From Paraspadella gotoi (lineage: Eukaryota; Animalia; Chaetognatha): 64,000 nt of DNA. Of this stretch, positions 13,748 through 25,777 are shown piece after piece. Positions within the stretch are counted from its first letter, which is position 1, and every line of letters starts with the position of its first letter. The stretch spans positions 3,032,297-3,096,296 of the forward strand of contig CM119267.1 in assembly GCA_051294375.1 (NCBI GenBank), given 5' to 3'. Position numbers and translations under genes: made by a program. The notes under the pieces were generated by a model. That model saw only the letters and a program-made list of their open reading frames with translations, did not search any database and was not told the DNA's origin.

Positions 13748-14780
13748 ACCGCACGGCGCCAAAACATCCGACGTAAACACAGACTCGGGTTTACGTTCCT
13801 TGGCGCCACCGACATTTTTCTTTTCTTTCCAGAAATAAAAGGAAAGAATCTTCGTCGACATCGAAATTGGAGGCAGAAAAAAAAAACAGGAAGAGAAGAT
13901 GATAATCAGGAAAGATGGCCGCCCCCGCCGCCGCCGCCGCCGCTGCCGCCGACAATAATCCAGGCGTCTCTTCCGTCCCTCGCCAAGGGATTTCTCCGGC
14001 CGCCGGAAAGGAGAGTGGCGCGCGCATCCGGAAATCGGAATCTCGTCTGGTTGTTAGTTTCTTGCTGGAGTGAGTGAGGGAGGTGGGGATTGGGAAGGGC
14101 AACGGGAAAGGGACGTATTTTTGACGGAGACGTGGTACATCGTATTTTTGACGGAGACGTGGTACATCGTACGGGCTCACTTAAATTCGAGTCCGCGGCA
14201 GAGCAGGGTAGAGCAGAGCAGAGCAGCGTTAGATCACACTCCAGTGATGGTGACGAGTGAAAAAAGATCTGGATGTGACTCTTTGCTCTCTCTCTTTGAC
14301 TCTCTCACATTTAATGATTTCGATCGGAGAAGAGTAGATGCGATCAAACGATCGTCCGAAATGATGCGATCGAACGATCGATATTGATGATGCGATCGAA
14401 CGTAATCGATGCGTCCGTCTTGTGTGGCTTCTTTTCGGTTCAATCAAAATTCACTTTTGTTGTTTTGTTTAAAAGTTGAATGTTTTTGAAGTTTTTAAGT
14501 GGAGAAGTGAAAAATAATTCGCCGCTTAAACGCGCGGCTAAAATCCTTCAATTTCACTCTCGAATAATCAGAGATAAACTGGTCTAGAAAGTATAATATA
14601 CGATATCTGATGTTATGAAACAATTAGCGTTCCTGTACTCGCGTCATAATGTCCTAAAATCGGTCAAGATTTTTATTTATTGAGCTTAAATCGACGACCC
14701 TTTTTATTTCTAAGAATTCCGAGGCCGAAGATGCCATAAACGTCTTCCTTAATACTTTTATTAAGACTCCAAAATCCCCA

Positions 14781-14883
<103 letters not shown>

Positions 14884-16309
14884 CCCTTTTTTTTGAGAAG
14901 AAAAAATAAAATTTCGTGAAAGCCTCGAAGGCTCGGTTGGCGTCGCTCGCGTCGGACCTCGTTATCTGTCGCGGTTGTTGAGGAAAACCAGAGCCTCGTG
15001 TAGGAAAAACTCGGAGGCGAGGTGGGGGAGGGTTGTGAGAGGGGGATGGAGACAGAGACAGAGACAGAGACAGAGGGAGAGGGGGAAGGGGCGGAGGGAA
15101 TGGAGACGGAGTGGCGGAGAGGAGAAGGAGAAGGAGAAGGAGAGAGAACTTAAGGGGAGGGAGGGAAGGGCGAATGACTAATTTAAAAGCGAAAAAAAGG
15201 GAGGCATTTTATTTTAACTACTACTTTTATTGTGCATAGTATTCATTGTGCATAGTACTCTTACATTTTTTTTTGGTCTTATGTCAATGAGATACAGTTC
15301 ATTTGAATCACAAGAATCTAAACTTTCTTGAGGTCTATTTTTTTTTAAATTTCGTGTTTTAAATTAAATGGCTTGAAAGTTGGCGCCACAATTCGTTTTC
15401 CCTTTGAGTTCGGGGGTTGGGATAAAACGGGGTCGGAGGTCGGAGTCTGGGGTTTGGGGGTCGGAGAACGGCGGTCGGAGTCTCGGGTCGGGGGTCGGAG
15501 TCAGGAAAACACTGGCGCGACGAACGGGACAAGCGCGAGAGAGAGAATGGGCAGGACTGACGGGACAAGAAACGAAGGGTGGGACTAATAGACGAATAGA
15601 CGGTAGGGGAACAGTGACAAAGGATATACAGATTTAATAGAGAAATAGAAAGAAAAAGGGAGACGATCAAATTGATGACGATTAACGATTAACCATGACG
15701 ATTAACGATCAAAACGATGACGATTAACCATGACGCTTGCATCAAATGTGAAATCAAGATTAATTTCTCATCGTTTGCATTGGAGATTTTTAGCCTTTTG
15801 GATCTCCAACTGATTTTTACTCAAAAATTCCTTCGTTTACGAGTCGAGAGGAGAACGATTCATAAACTGGGATATTGAATACGCTTGGGTATTATAAGTA
15901 ATTAAATGTAAAATATTGAATAGATCGAAAATACAGAATAAACAGAATTAAGACGAATAATTGAGGTTTATTTTTAGGACAAGATAGTCGAAGAACTAAT
16001 ATTATAGACTCGGGATAATGATGCAAAATGGGGAAATGAATAATCCCTAAACGTATCGCGTTAAACCTGCGTTTTCAGTATAAGAAAAAAGGGTGAATGG
16101 AAAAAAAAAACTTTTAATATCATTATTACGAGAAATCAGTAAGAATCAGACAAAGAGATCCTTACAATAAGTACAATACAGAGACTGTGTAGCGAAGCAA
16201 TGAATGCAAATAAGAAAGAGAGAAGAACGTAAAAGATGAACGATGCGAAATCGAATACGAGCGGCGAATCGACTTGAATTAAAACTCTTTCTCTATCAAG
16301 TCTTTCGCT

Positions 16310-16648
16310 GTTGATAATGACGACGACACCGATGATGATATTGACAAAGACGGAGATGACGATAATGACAAAGACGGAGATGACGATAATGACAAAGACG
16401 GAGATGACGATAATGACAAAGATGGAGAGGATGATAATGACAAAGACGGGGATGACGATAATGACAAAGATGGAGAGGATGATAATGACAAGGACGATGA
16501 CAGAGACAATGATAATGACTATGACGATGAGGGAGACGAGGAGAATGGCAATGAGGATGATGCAGATAACATAATAACATGGATGACGAAGGAAACGACA
16601 ATAATGTCTATGGCGATGGAGGAGACGACAATAATGAAATTGAAAATG
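16310..16648 (+). repeat. 24-bp minisatellite reading as poly-(DDDNDKDG), running into an N-gap
   Basis: The unit gatgacgataatgacaaagacgga is repeated about 6 times and then degenerates. Confidence 0.8.
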
Positions 16649-19600
16649 ANNNNNNNNNNNNNNNNNNNNNNNNNNNNNNNNNNNNNNNNNNNNNNNNNNN
16701 NNNNNNNNNNNNNNNNNNNNNNNNNNNNNNNNNNNNNNNNNNNNNNNNNNNNNNNNNNNNNNNNNNNNNNNNNNNNNNNNNNNNNNNNNNNNNNNNNNNN
16801 NNNNNNNNNNNNNNNNNNNNNNNNNNNNNNNNNNNNNNNNNNNNNNNNNNNNNNNNNNNNNNNNNNNNNNNNNNNNNNNNNNNNNNNNNNNNNNNNNNNN
16901 NNNNNNNNNNNNNNNNNNNNNNNNNNNNNNNNNNNNNNNNNNNNNNNNNNNNNNNNNNNNNNNNNNNNNNNNNNNNNNNNNNNNNNNCCTTGCGCATCCC
17001 CCCGAAAGAAAACGCGTCGACTGCATATGCAAACTGATTTATGCGTCCTATCTCTGCTCTCTTTCGTCGTCCTGTCTCTCTCTCTCGTCTCCTCTCAGTC
17101 GTCTCTCATTTCTCTCTGGGAATATGAGGGGACCAACCCCTTTCGATGGACGATAAAGATTTTGACGAGTTCGCCCCACTCGCCGCCGCTCGTGCCCCAC
17201 CTTCTACTTCATTGGCGCACAGAATGATCGGTAAGGCTTATGATGGCCAACCAATAAAATAAGAAGTCGTCGTCGTCGTCGTCGTCGGTCGTCGTCGTCG
17301 CTCGTCGTTTGTTCGCAACGTTATTCGCCGAATCGACAGAATCGATTAAAAGTGATTTTTCCCGCGATTTCGAGTTTCGTCGTCATGGAGATTCGGACAA
17401 CAGGTTTTTGTGAAAATAAATGCGGCGATGGAATTTGAAAAGGATATCATGTCAGAGAAAATGAAGTTCTCAAGGAATCAAAGCTTTAAAAGCAAAAGTT
17501 TAGGCAAGTTTTAATTACGCAAACAGTGTGCGAATTCGCAAATGAGTTAACAAACTCGATTCAAAATATTTTTTTAAAACTAATGAAAAAAAATCCTAAT
17601 CATAATCCAACCTTCATTTGAATAAAGTCCAAAAACTAACTAATTTTAGTCAATTGTAATGAAATATCTCGTCGTCGTCGTCGTCGTCGTTGTTGTTGTT
17701 TCCGACGCGAAGATGTCGGAACGCCTAACTCAGTAAAGAAATGCGGGAGTGAAATTTGTGTTACCTTGTCAGATGAAGAAGCGTTGGTAAGAAAGGCCAG
17801 ACAAAGAAGGGAAGAAGCGGAAGCCACAAGAGAGAGCAGAGAGAGATGAGAAGAGAGACGAGAGAGAGAGAGACGAAGAGAGAGAGCAGAAGAAGAGAGA
17901 GAAGACGAGAGAGAGAGAGAGAGACTCTAACATATCAAAAACACTGGACAAAATCCAAGCTAAAGTTGGAGGGTTTGGCAAGTGGCGGTGGGTGGCGGTG
18001 TGGCGGCGTAGAGCGGGGGAGTGAGGATGGGGCGGGGTCAAGTGGCGGAAGGCGGCGGTGATTAGTGGAAAAGGTCTTTTGGGATTCATATTAATAAATA
18101 AACAGCGAAAAGGATGAGATTTACACATTTTTATTATTTTAAAATATGTTTTCTCGAAACTCAGTTTTATACTCTTTGCTTCTAAATTTTCTGTAATTTT
18201 ATTGATTTTAATTCTAAATTCTCTAATTCGCTAACTTTAATTCTCTGATTTTTACATTTTATTTTACTAATTCGCTAATTCTCTATTTCTAAAATTATAT
18301 ATTTACTAATTATAAATTTCATAATTCTATAATTCTAACTCTTAAATTCCTTATTACTAATTCTCTCATTTTATTAATTCTCAAATTCTCAAATTTCTAA
18401 ATTCTCTAATTCTAAACTCGCTAATTCTCTAATCATAATTATCTAATTAACTAATTATCTAATTCTTAATTATCTAATTATAAATTATTTAATTCTACAT
18501 TCTCTTATTTTGTTTAATTTTAAAATCGGTAATTGTTAATTCTGTTTTCTTCTCTCTAAAATATCTTTCGTCAAAAACGATTAGTCGGTTAAGAAAATGT
18601 ACGAAGGGTCGACTTAGCATCGCGTCTGCGGAAACGAGGTTTGTAAACAAAAGATCAACGCGAGTTGTAAAGATTAACCGAAACGAGAGAAAGATAATGG
18701 GTGAAGAGGGAGTCTCACAAATTATACATCTATTTTGTCTTACAAATTACATTTAACTCTTTTTAATTTAAGAAATAGAATAATGTGTAAAAAACGCCCA
18801 GANNNNNNNNNNNNNNNNNNNNNNNNNNNNNNNNNNNNNNNNNNNNNNNNNNNNNNNNNNNNNNNNNNNNNNNNNNNNNNNNNNNNNNNNNNNNNNNNNN
18901 NNNNNNNNNNNNNNNNNNNNNNNNNNNNNNNNNAAAAAAAAAAGAAATTGATTTTATGGCACCTCGGAACGGCCGAGGTTCAGTAGAAGCGCCTCAAATG
19001 GCATCGAGAAACAGAATCCAGATGCCGATAGAAAAAAAAACGGGGTGCAGGAGAGAGATGGAGTGAATGGGATTGGGTGATGGGGTATAGGGGATGGAGT
19101 GAAAGGGATTAAGTGATGGTAGAGGATATGAAAATGGAGTTAAGGATATGGCGCAAAAGGGATTCAGATTGGAGATATGGAAGAGAAAGAATGATTTTTA
19201 TAATTTATGAGTTTGAGTGTCGAGGAGACCAATGAGCAAAATTTAAAAAATCGCGATTGCTGATGCAGTCAGCTTTAATTCACTGTTTAGCTGGATTTGT
19301 CAACTCGAGCACAGTTGGTAAAATTAATTTAATTGTTAGATTGCAGTTAGCCAAAAAAAATCTAGAAAAAAATGTTTTTTGCTCTATATGTCATCTTCAG
19401 TCATCTTGGCCATAAATGGAAAAAAAAAATTTCGAAGGTTTTTTGTCTTTTAGATATTACATAGGTAAATCAACACGAGACAAATAATATTTTTCTTTAT
19501 ATAACCTTATTGACTCGCCGCCGCCGTTCTTTAGTCATTAACCGCCATTTGGGTTACCATTAAACACGCCATTAGCCTTTACCATCTACGGCCGTCAGCG

Positions 19601-20061
19601 TTACCATTAGTTGCCACCACCGACGTTTATTCTCTTTCCTTCGACGACAGTATTGGGGGGGGTCAATCATCCTTTGAGGAGAGAGAGAGAGAGAGAGATA
19701 GAGAGAAATAGAGAGAGAGGGGTAAGGAAAAGGGAGAGAGGGATAGGGTAAGGTTAAGAGAGGGAGTGTGTTCGCCGCTCTTCCTCTCGTTCTCCCCGTC
19801 GCGTCGGTTACAGTACTCCGTCGGTCGGATCGACTTTGATGTGAACTTTATTGTAAACTGAAAGAAGCTTAAGTTATATCGAGGGGGCCAAGGGTTTGGG
19901 GTGAGAGAGGGGGAGAGGGGGGGAGAGGTGTAAGGGAGAGCGAGGTTACACTCTTGGTAAAATATGTAAGAGACGGAATAATTGTTATAAGTTCGTAATA
20001 AATTGTTTGATATAAGAAGTCCCTGAGCGTGAAAAGCGGGTGAAGTGACCCGTCCCTATTA

Positions 20062-20145
20062 TCGTCTAAGCGGCTACCGGGTTAGAACCCCGGACCTGTG
20101 AGATGGGAGGCGAACGACTTGCCTCCTGCAGCAATGACCGGTGTG
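20062..20145 (-). mobile_element. Degenerate tRNA-derived SINE head
   Basis: The minus strand reads ...gttcgcctcccatctcacaggtccggggttctaacccgg, a tRNA-like anticodon arm plus degenerate B-box. It is duplicated at ~27080-27170. Confidence 0.4.
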
Positions 20146-20510
20146 AACTTATGGTGGGTTTTAAGCCACCAGATGGGCTAAGGGCACTTTGTCTCGTCTT
20201 GTTTTTCCCCTATTCGGAAGAGGCTTTCCTCGCCAGTGGCCACGCCACGCCACGCCAGTCGCCGCTCTTTCGCGAAATAGATCGAAATTGGAAACTTTTC
20301 TAGGAAAAAAAAACAACAAAAGGATCTTTTGTTTTCACTTTTTAACTCTGTCTCTTCATCGTTTTCCTTTTATTATAAATCATAAAATTTGTTCTTTTTT
20401 TTTTAAACCAATTTAACTTTACGAGTTCCTTTGACGCATATATCTAAAGTTTCGGTCATAAAACTAAATCAGAGGGAACGATAATTTTATTTACACATAA
20501 AAAAAAATTG

Positions 20511-20521
20511 TGGAATGTAAA
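20511..20521 (-). promoter_or_regulatory. miR-1 target site in the predicted Hand 3' UTR
   Basis: The mRNA-sense sequence UUUACAUUCCA is complementary to miR-1 nt 1-11 (UGGAAUGUAAA). It lies ~230 nt after the stop codon and 20 nt before an AATAAA (20491-20486). Confidence 0.55.
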
Positions 20522-20751
20522 CACGATATTTAAAAAAAAAAAGAGAGAATGGAATAATGAAACAACGCGTATATAAAATCGAGTCACTGAACGTTCAGCT
20601 TTTCAGTCATGCAGCAAACGGGAGTCTTTACAGAATCGTCCATTATATTATCTAGTCAGTTTTCAATATATTCACTTTTCATAATTCCAGATTGCATTTA
20701 AATAAGCGATTTCTAACAATATTATTTCGATTTCGTTTCAAATTTTCCATT

Positions 20752-21115
20752 TCAGCTTGTTCCGTTCGTCTCGGAGGATCCTTCCACAGTAATGCATTGG
20801 GAGGGGGAAGAGGAAGAGGAGAATCCCGATTCCTCTTCATCTTCCTTAACAACTTCATCTTTTTCTTCTTCTTCTTCTTTTTCTATTTCTTTCTTTCTTT
20901 CTTCGGCGTCGAAATCTTCGTCTTCGCCGATTTCGTTGCCGATAGAATTCTCGGCACCGTCTTCGTCGTTTCCGGCTTCCTCCTCCCGTTTTCCGGCGCC
21001 GAGGGAACTCGACGCCGAGAACTCTCGGCTCGTCACGGTTTGATCGGCGGGCAACGATGACGGCGACGAATCTTGCAACGCCATTGGTCGAGCGTCCGTT
21101 TCGCCGATGTACGCG

Positions 21116-21146
<31 letters not shown>

Positions 21147-23106
21147 ACGCTGGAGCAGGCGGAGCCGACGATGCCGTCGCCGCCACGGGCGGATCGTACT
21201 CGGCGAGAGCCGGAAGAAGGGGAAAGACCGGAAGCGACGGAAGTTCATGAGTTTCCATCGCCGGAAATTGATGGTGAAGATGGTGGGGTTGATGGAGAGG
21301 CGGAAAAGTGGGATGCTGGTGATGCTGCTGCGTCTCGGCTGGATGCGGCGGATGCGGCGCAGGTAGGTGAGGATGAAACAGCGGCAGAGGTTGCGGGGGA
21401 AAGTCGGGAAAGCGATGATGGGGCTGTTGGGGATGCTGGGGATGTAGAGGGTGGTGGAGAGAATCCTCGTAAGAGTCGTGAGGCGGAACGAAATGAGCAG
21501 AATGATGGAGAAGCGGCGAATGATGGTGATGATGATGTTGAGGAGAGAGTTGATGGTGAAGCGACGCCTCCGCTTCGAGCGGCGCCGAATCCGCGTGAAG
21601 AGGAAGGAGGGAAGGAGGGGGAGGAGGAGGAGGAGGAGGAGGCAAAGAATCTTCGCGCTGAATTCGATCAGAGCGATCGAGAAAAGATTCCGTCGAAGAT
21701 CCGTCGGGATCGCGCTAAAAATAGATTAATATATTAAATACAATAAATAAATAAATAAATACAAATAGATAAATAAATCATTTAATAACTAAATGAATAA
21801 AAAATTTAATAAATCAAATGATAAAATGTTAAAGACTAGAACCAGTTAATTTCAAAAATTACTCCTAAAATACTAATTAATTTTGAGAAAATAAGAGAAG
21901 ACGAAATAGTAAATAAGCGATCAGCGTCTTTGGCTCACCTCCGATTGTTCAGGTTTCAACTCCTGCGCCCAGACGTGTTGAGGCCAACCGGTTCTGCCTT
22001 TAGGTTTCTTTCCCTTGGCGCCGGCGCCCGGTCCGCCTCCGCCGGACGCGCCCCCTTCTGCGTCGCTTCCGGTCACGTGACTACCAGGTCGCGCGTAGAG
22101 CGTCTCGAGGTCACGCGGTCCGCATTTGGCGACAACTCCGTTCTTCGATTTCGAGTTGGAAATTTCCATCGCGATCGATTCCTGATCGGGATGGAATGAG
22201 AATTAACATTGAATATATTGGGAAAAGATAATTAGTTAGTATGTTTCAATGAGAAAAAAAAATCTACATGGACCCTATAGTCTGCGGGTTGAAAAAGTTC
22301 ATTTTTAGTAAGATTTAAATTTCTCTTTGATCTCCTTGGAAATTTCTTTCTGATTTGTAGGTAGGTAAAAATTAACAAATACTATTTGGGATTTAATATA
22401 TTTACTCTGGCTTGAAAAAAAGCCCCGGGCTGTTTAAAACTAGGGACAACGAGAAGCTACTTTTTTTGAGTAGCGTAACGGGAAATGACATGTGACTATG
22501 TAGTATTTTAATTAGCTCCTCCTCTGTAAAATCATTGAAAGAATACAGTAAATTGAGAGATAAAAGATGAGTTAAAACGAAACGAGTTCAATACTAAACT
22601 CAGGGTTTCACTAAATTTTCACGAGTAAAATTTTGGGCGTAAAAAAAATCTAGCCGATGAAAATGAAAGTAATAAAACGGAACATTAACTAAAAAGGCGT
22701 CTGGTGAAAGAGTCATATAAATCGCTAGAAGCACCCCACGCAAAAATATCAATTTTTAAAAAAAAAATTATATAGTTTTAGTAATAAATCAGAAATTTTT
22801 TATGTAATTTTTCTCGTTTTCCAATCTTTTTCTATTTACGTATTTAAAAAAAAAAATTCTCCATAGTGGAAATTAAAAAAAAGGTAAGCTAGTCAAAACG
22901 TAAACCATTATTGGACAAAACGCGTTCCTTGGATTTTCCCATCTAAGATGTCAACGCAGTCATAATTAAACTTCATATCTCAGAATATAAATGCATTATT
23001 TCGTGTCCAGCTGGCCGAACCCGCTGGCCCGAAAACTATATCGGCGGCTTGAGATTCAAAGTCGACAACGTAAACATAAACAAACACGAATAGTGGGATT
23101 GGCGAT

Positions 23107-23145
<39 letters not shown>

Positions 23146-23891
23146 AGACGACGACGACGAATGAATGACACATTGAGATAAAATTCTCTCACTCAGCGCG
23201 AATCGAGTCTCTCGATCGAACAAAAAGATTCTTTCACAATCGAAGTCAAAGGAAAAAGCGAAAGAAATAAAAGAGAAAAACAAAGATCGATTTTCTAAAG
23301 GAAACGTTTCATAGCGATCTCCCTGTATCGCTATCTGGCGGGATAAAGAATCTTATGTATCGTAATTAGTAAATAATCTCTTGATATCAGGGTTTCTCCG
23401 TAACGCTACATCTGTGGATGAGGAACTAAGTGGGCTGAAGTAAGTTCTTTGACCCCCTCACCATTGGATCCATCCATTGAATCCAGGGCTTGGTGGGTTG
23501 GGTAGGTGCCATAGCGTAGGGTTGGTGCCATAGCGACCTCGCTGTATAATAGACATCTCTCTGTATCGCAATCTCCGTATAACGATCTCGATGTATCTCT
23601 CTGTATCACGACGCCAACAAATTCTAAAAATAAACATCGTCCCCGTCGAATCGGGATCCGCGAATAAAAGTCTTTCTTTTGGCTCCACCGATTTTTAGAC
23701 TCGATTCTCATAGTAATTCATCCATAAACTTTTTTTTTTCTTTTTCCTTTTTCATCGACTGAAAAAAAAAAGGGGGAAAAAATTCTTCAAATTTTCGCGG
23801 CGAAATTAAAGTCTGGGAAATTTCGCCGAAAGAGATGGCCTTTTTTGGGGGGGGGGACGTGGTTTCTCATAGAGAGAGAGAGAGAGAAGAG

Positions 23892-23934
<43 letters not shown>

Positions 23935-24261
23935 AGAGAGAGAGAGAGAGAGAGAGTACGGGAATAGGAAAAAACCGCGAAAGTGGAAGAGTGTCCCTCT
24001 GACAAATGTCAAGATGACCTAAGAACCAATGAGCACTTTATTGATTACAGATTAACCGATGAGGTATAATTATCAATCAATTATTTATTTATTTCTAATA
24101 TTATTCTTATTATCATTATTTATTAATTACCAAATTCCACCGAGTCCGACGCCGCGAAAAGTAAGAGAGAAAAAAAAATTGCAAAATTCCCCGTCATAAA
24201 AAAAGATGATAAATTCATTTCGGGATTTTGGGTGGGTGAGACAGAGAGAGAGACCACTTTG

Positions 24262-24302
<41 letters not shown>

Positions 24303-24386
24303 TTTCTTTTCCTCGTTTTTGAATTATGATCCTCGAGACGATTTTCTTCTTCCTCGACTTTTCCTTCATCGTCGTCATTAACATTA

Positions 24387-24422
<36 letters not shown>

Positions 24423-25734
24423 AGATCCTCTTCCTCATCATCATCCGAAACCTCAGACTCTTAAGACTTTAAAAACAAACTTTATTGCTGCTCAAAGAAG
24501 AAAAAAAAACTTAGGGGATAAATAATCGTATTTATATTTGGTTTGTTTTAAAAAAATATACAATACTGGTATAAATATACTTATTATTACTTATATCTGG
24601 GGTGTACCAATTTCATAAATTAAATCTTAAGTAGGAAAAAAAATTGAAAGATATTAATGCATTTTGATACAGCGTGCATTTTTTAAAAAATATTTAAATA
24701 TTTTTCTTACATTTTTTTAAGGTTGTCGGCGGCCGGAACGCGAGTTATCTTTTCCGGACAAATCCCACCCTCCCAAAAACGAAGCTTTGACTTTATGATC
24801 TTCTCAGTCTCCTCTCTCTCTCTCTCTCGTCTCTGACTCTCGTCTCTCTTTCTCTCTCGTCTCTCTCTCTCTCGGGTTCTCTCTCTTCGTCTCTCTCTCG
24901 GTCTCCTTCTCTCTCTCCTAGAATCATACCATTCACATGCTGGAAGAGCGCCCTCCTGTCTTGCCATAATGTTTATTGAAATACTAAAAGATAAAAGTGC
25001 TTAATTAACATTGAATGATTATTGGACAAATTGATTTCCGTTGCTCTTAGAAGAAAAAAAGGGTCGATGACCTCGGTGGAGTTTATCGTTTTTTTTTTAA
25101 AACCTGGTACTATAAACTAATTATTTACCGATTCAGTAATGAGAAAAAACGTATTAGTTACTAATTAGTCCTAGTGCATTTTTTAAATTTATACAACAGC
25201 AGTCGTAGAAAGGTGTCGAAGAAAAATTATAACTATTCTTTTCGCCAACGACGAAACAAGTTCCCATGTGGTCAGTGGTTAGGATTGGGCGCTTTCCCGC
25301 CGCGGCCGGGTTCGATTCCCCGCATGGGAGATTTCGTTTTTGTCCGATACAAATTAAACCGAAGTCCATATGTCAATAATCAGTTGAATCAGTAAAAAAT
25401 TTTTTTTTTTCTTAATTATTCTTAATCGCGTTAAAAAATGGCTTTTAAGTTGCTTTAAATTGCTTTAATTGATTTTAAATTGCTTTAAATACCGCCGCCA
25501 AAAAGTGTGTTTCCCTTTGAAAGGAAAAAGATCAAACAAATCAAAACCGATCAAAACCGATCAAAACCGATCAAAACCGATCAAAATCAATTAGGATCGA
25601 TCAAGATCCATTAGATTCCTTCTTTGATCAAAATTCATGCGGATTTTTTTAAAAAAAAGAAAATTTTGTAGCGCCCCTGAAGGAGAGAGAAAGAGAGAGA
25701 GAGAAGAGAGAGAGAGAGAGCGAGACGAGAGAGA

Positions 25735-25777
<43 letters not shown>

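Noticed and set aside
14114-14171. Perfect 27-bp tandem duplication and nearby gatgcgatcgaacg repeats (~14338-14402)
   Set aside because: Two or three copies with no further structure are consistent with ordinary slippage.
20511-20521. miR-1 gene
   Set aside because: The match to mature miR-1 stops after 11 nt and I see no hairpin arm, so it is better read as a target site on the Hand strand.
21057-21737. 226-aa acidic plus-strand ORF
   Set aside because: It is the antisense shadow of the His/Pro-rich Hand last exon and has no independent domain.
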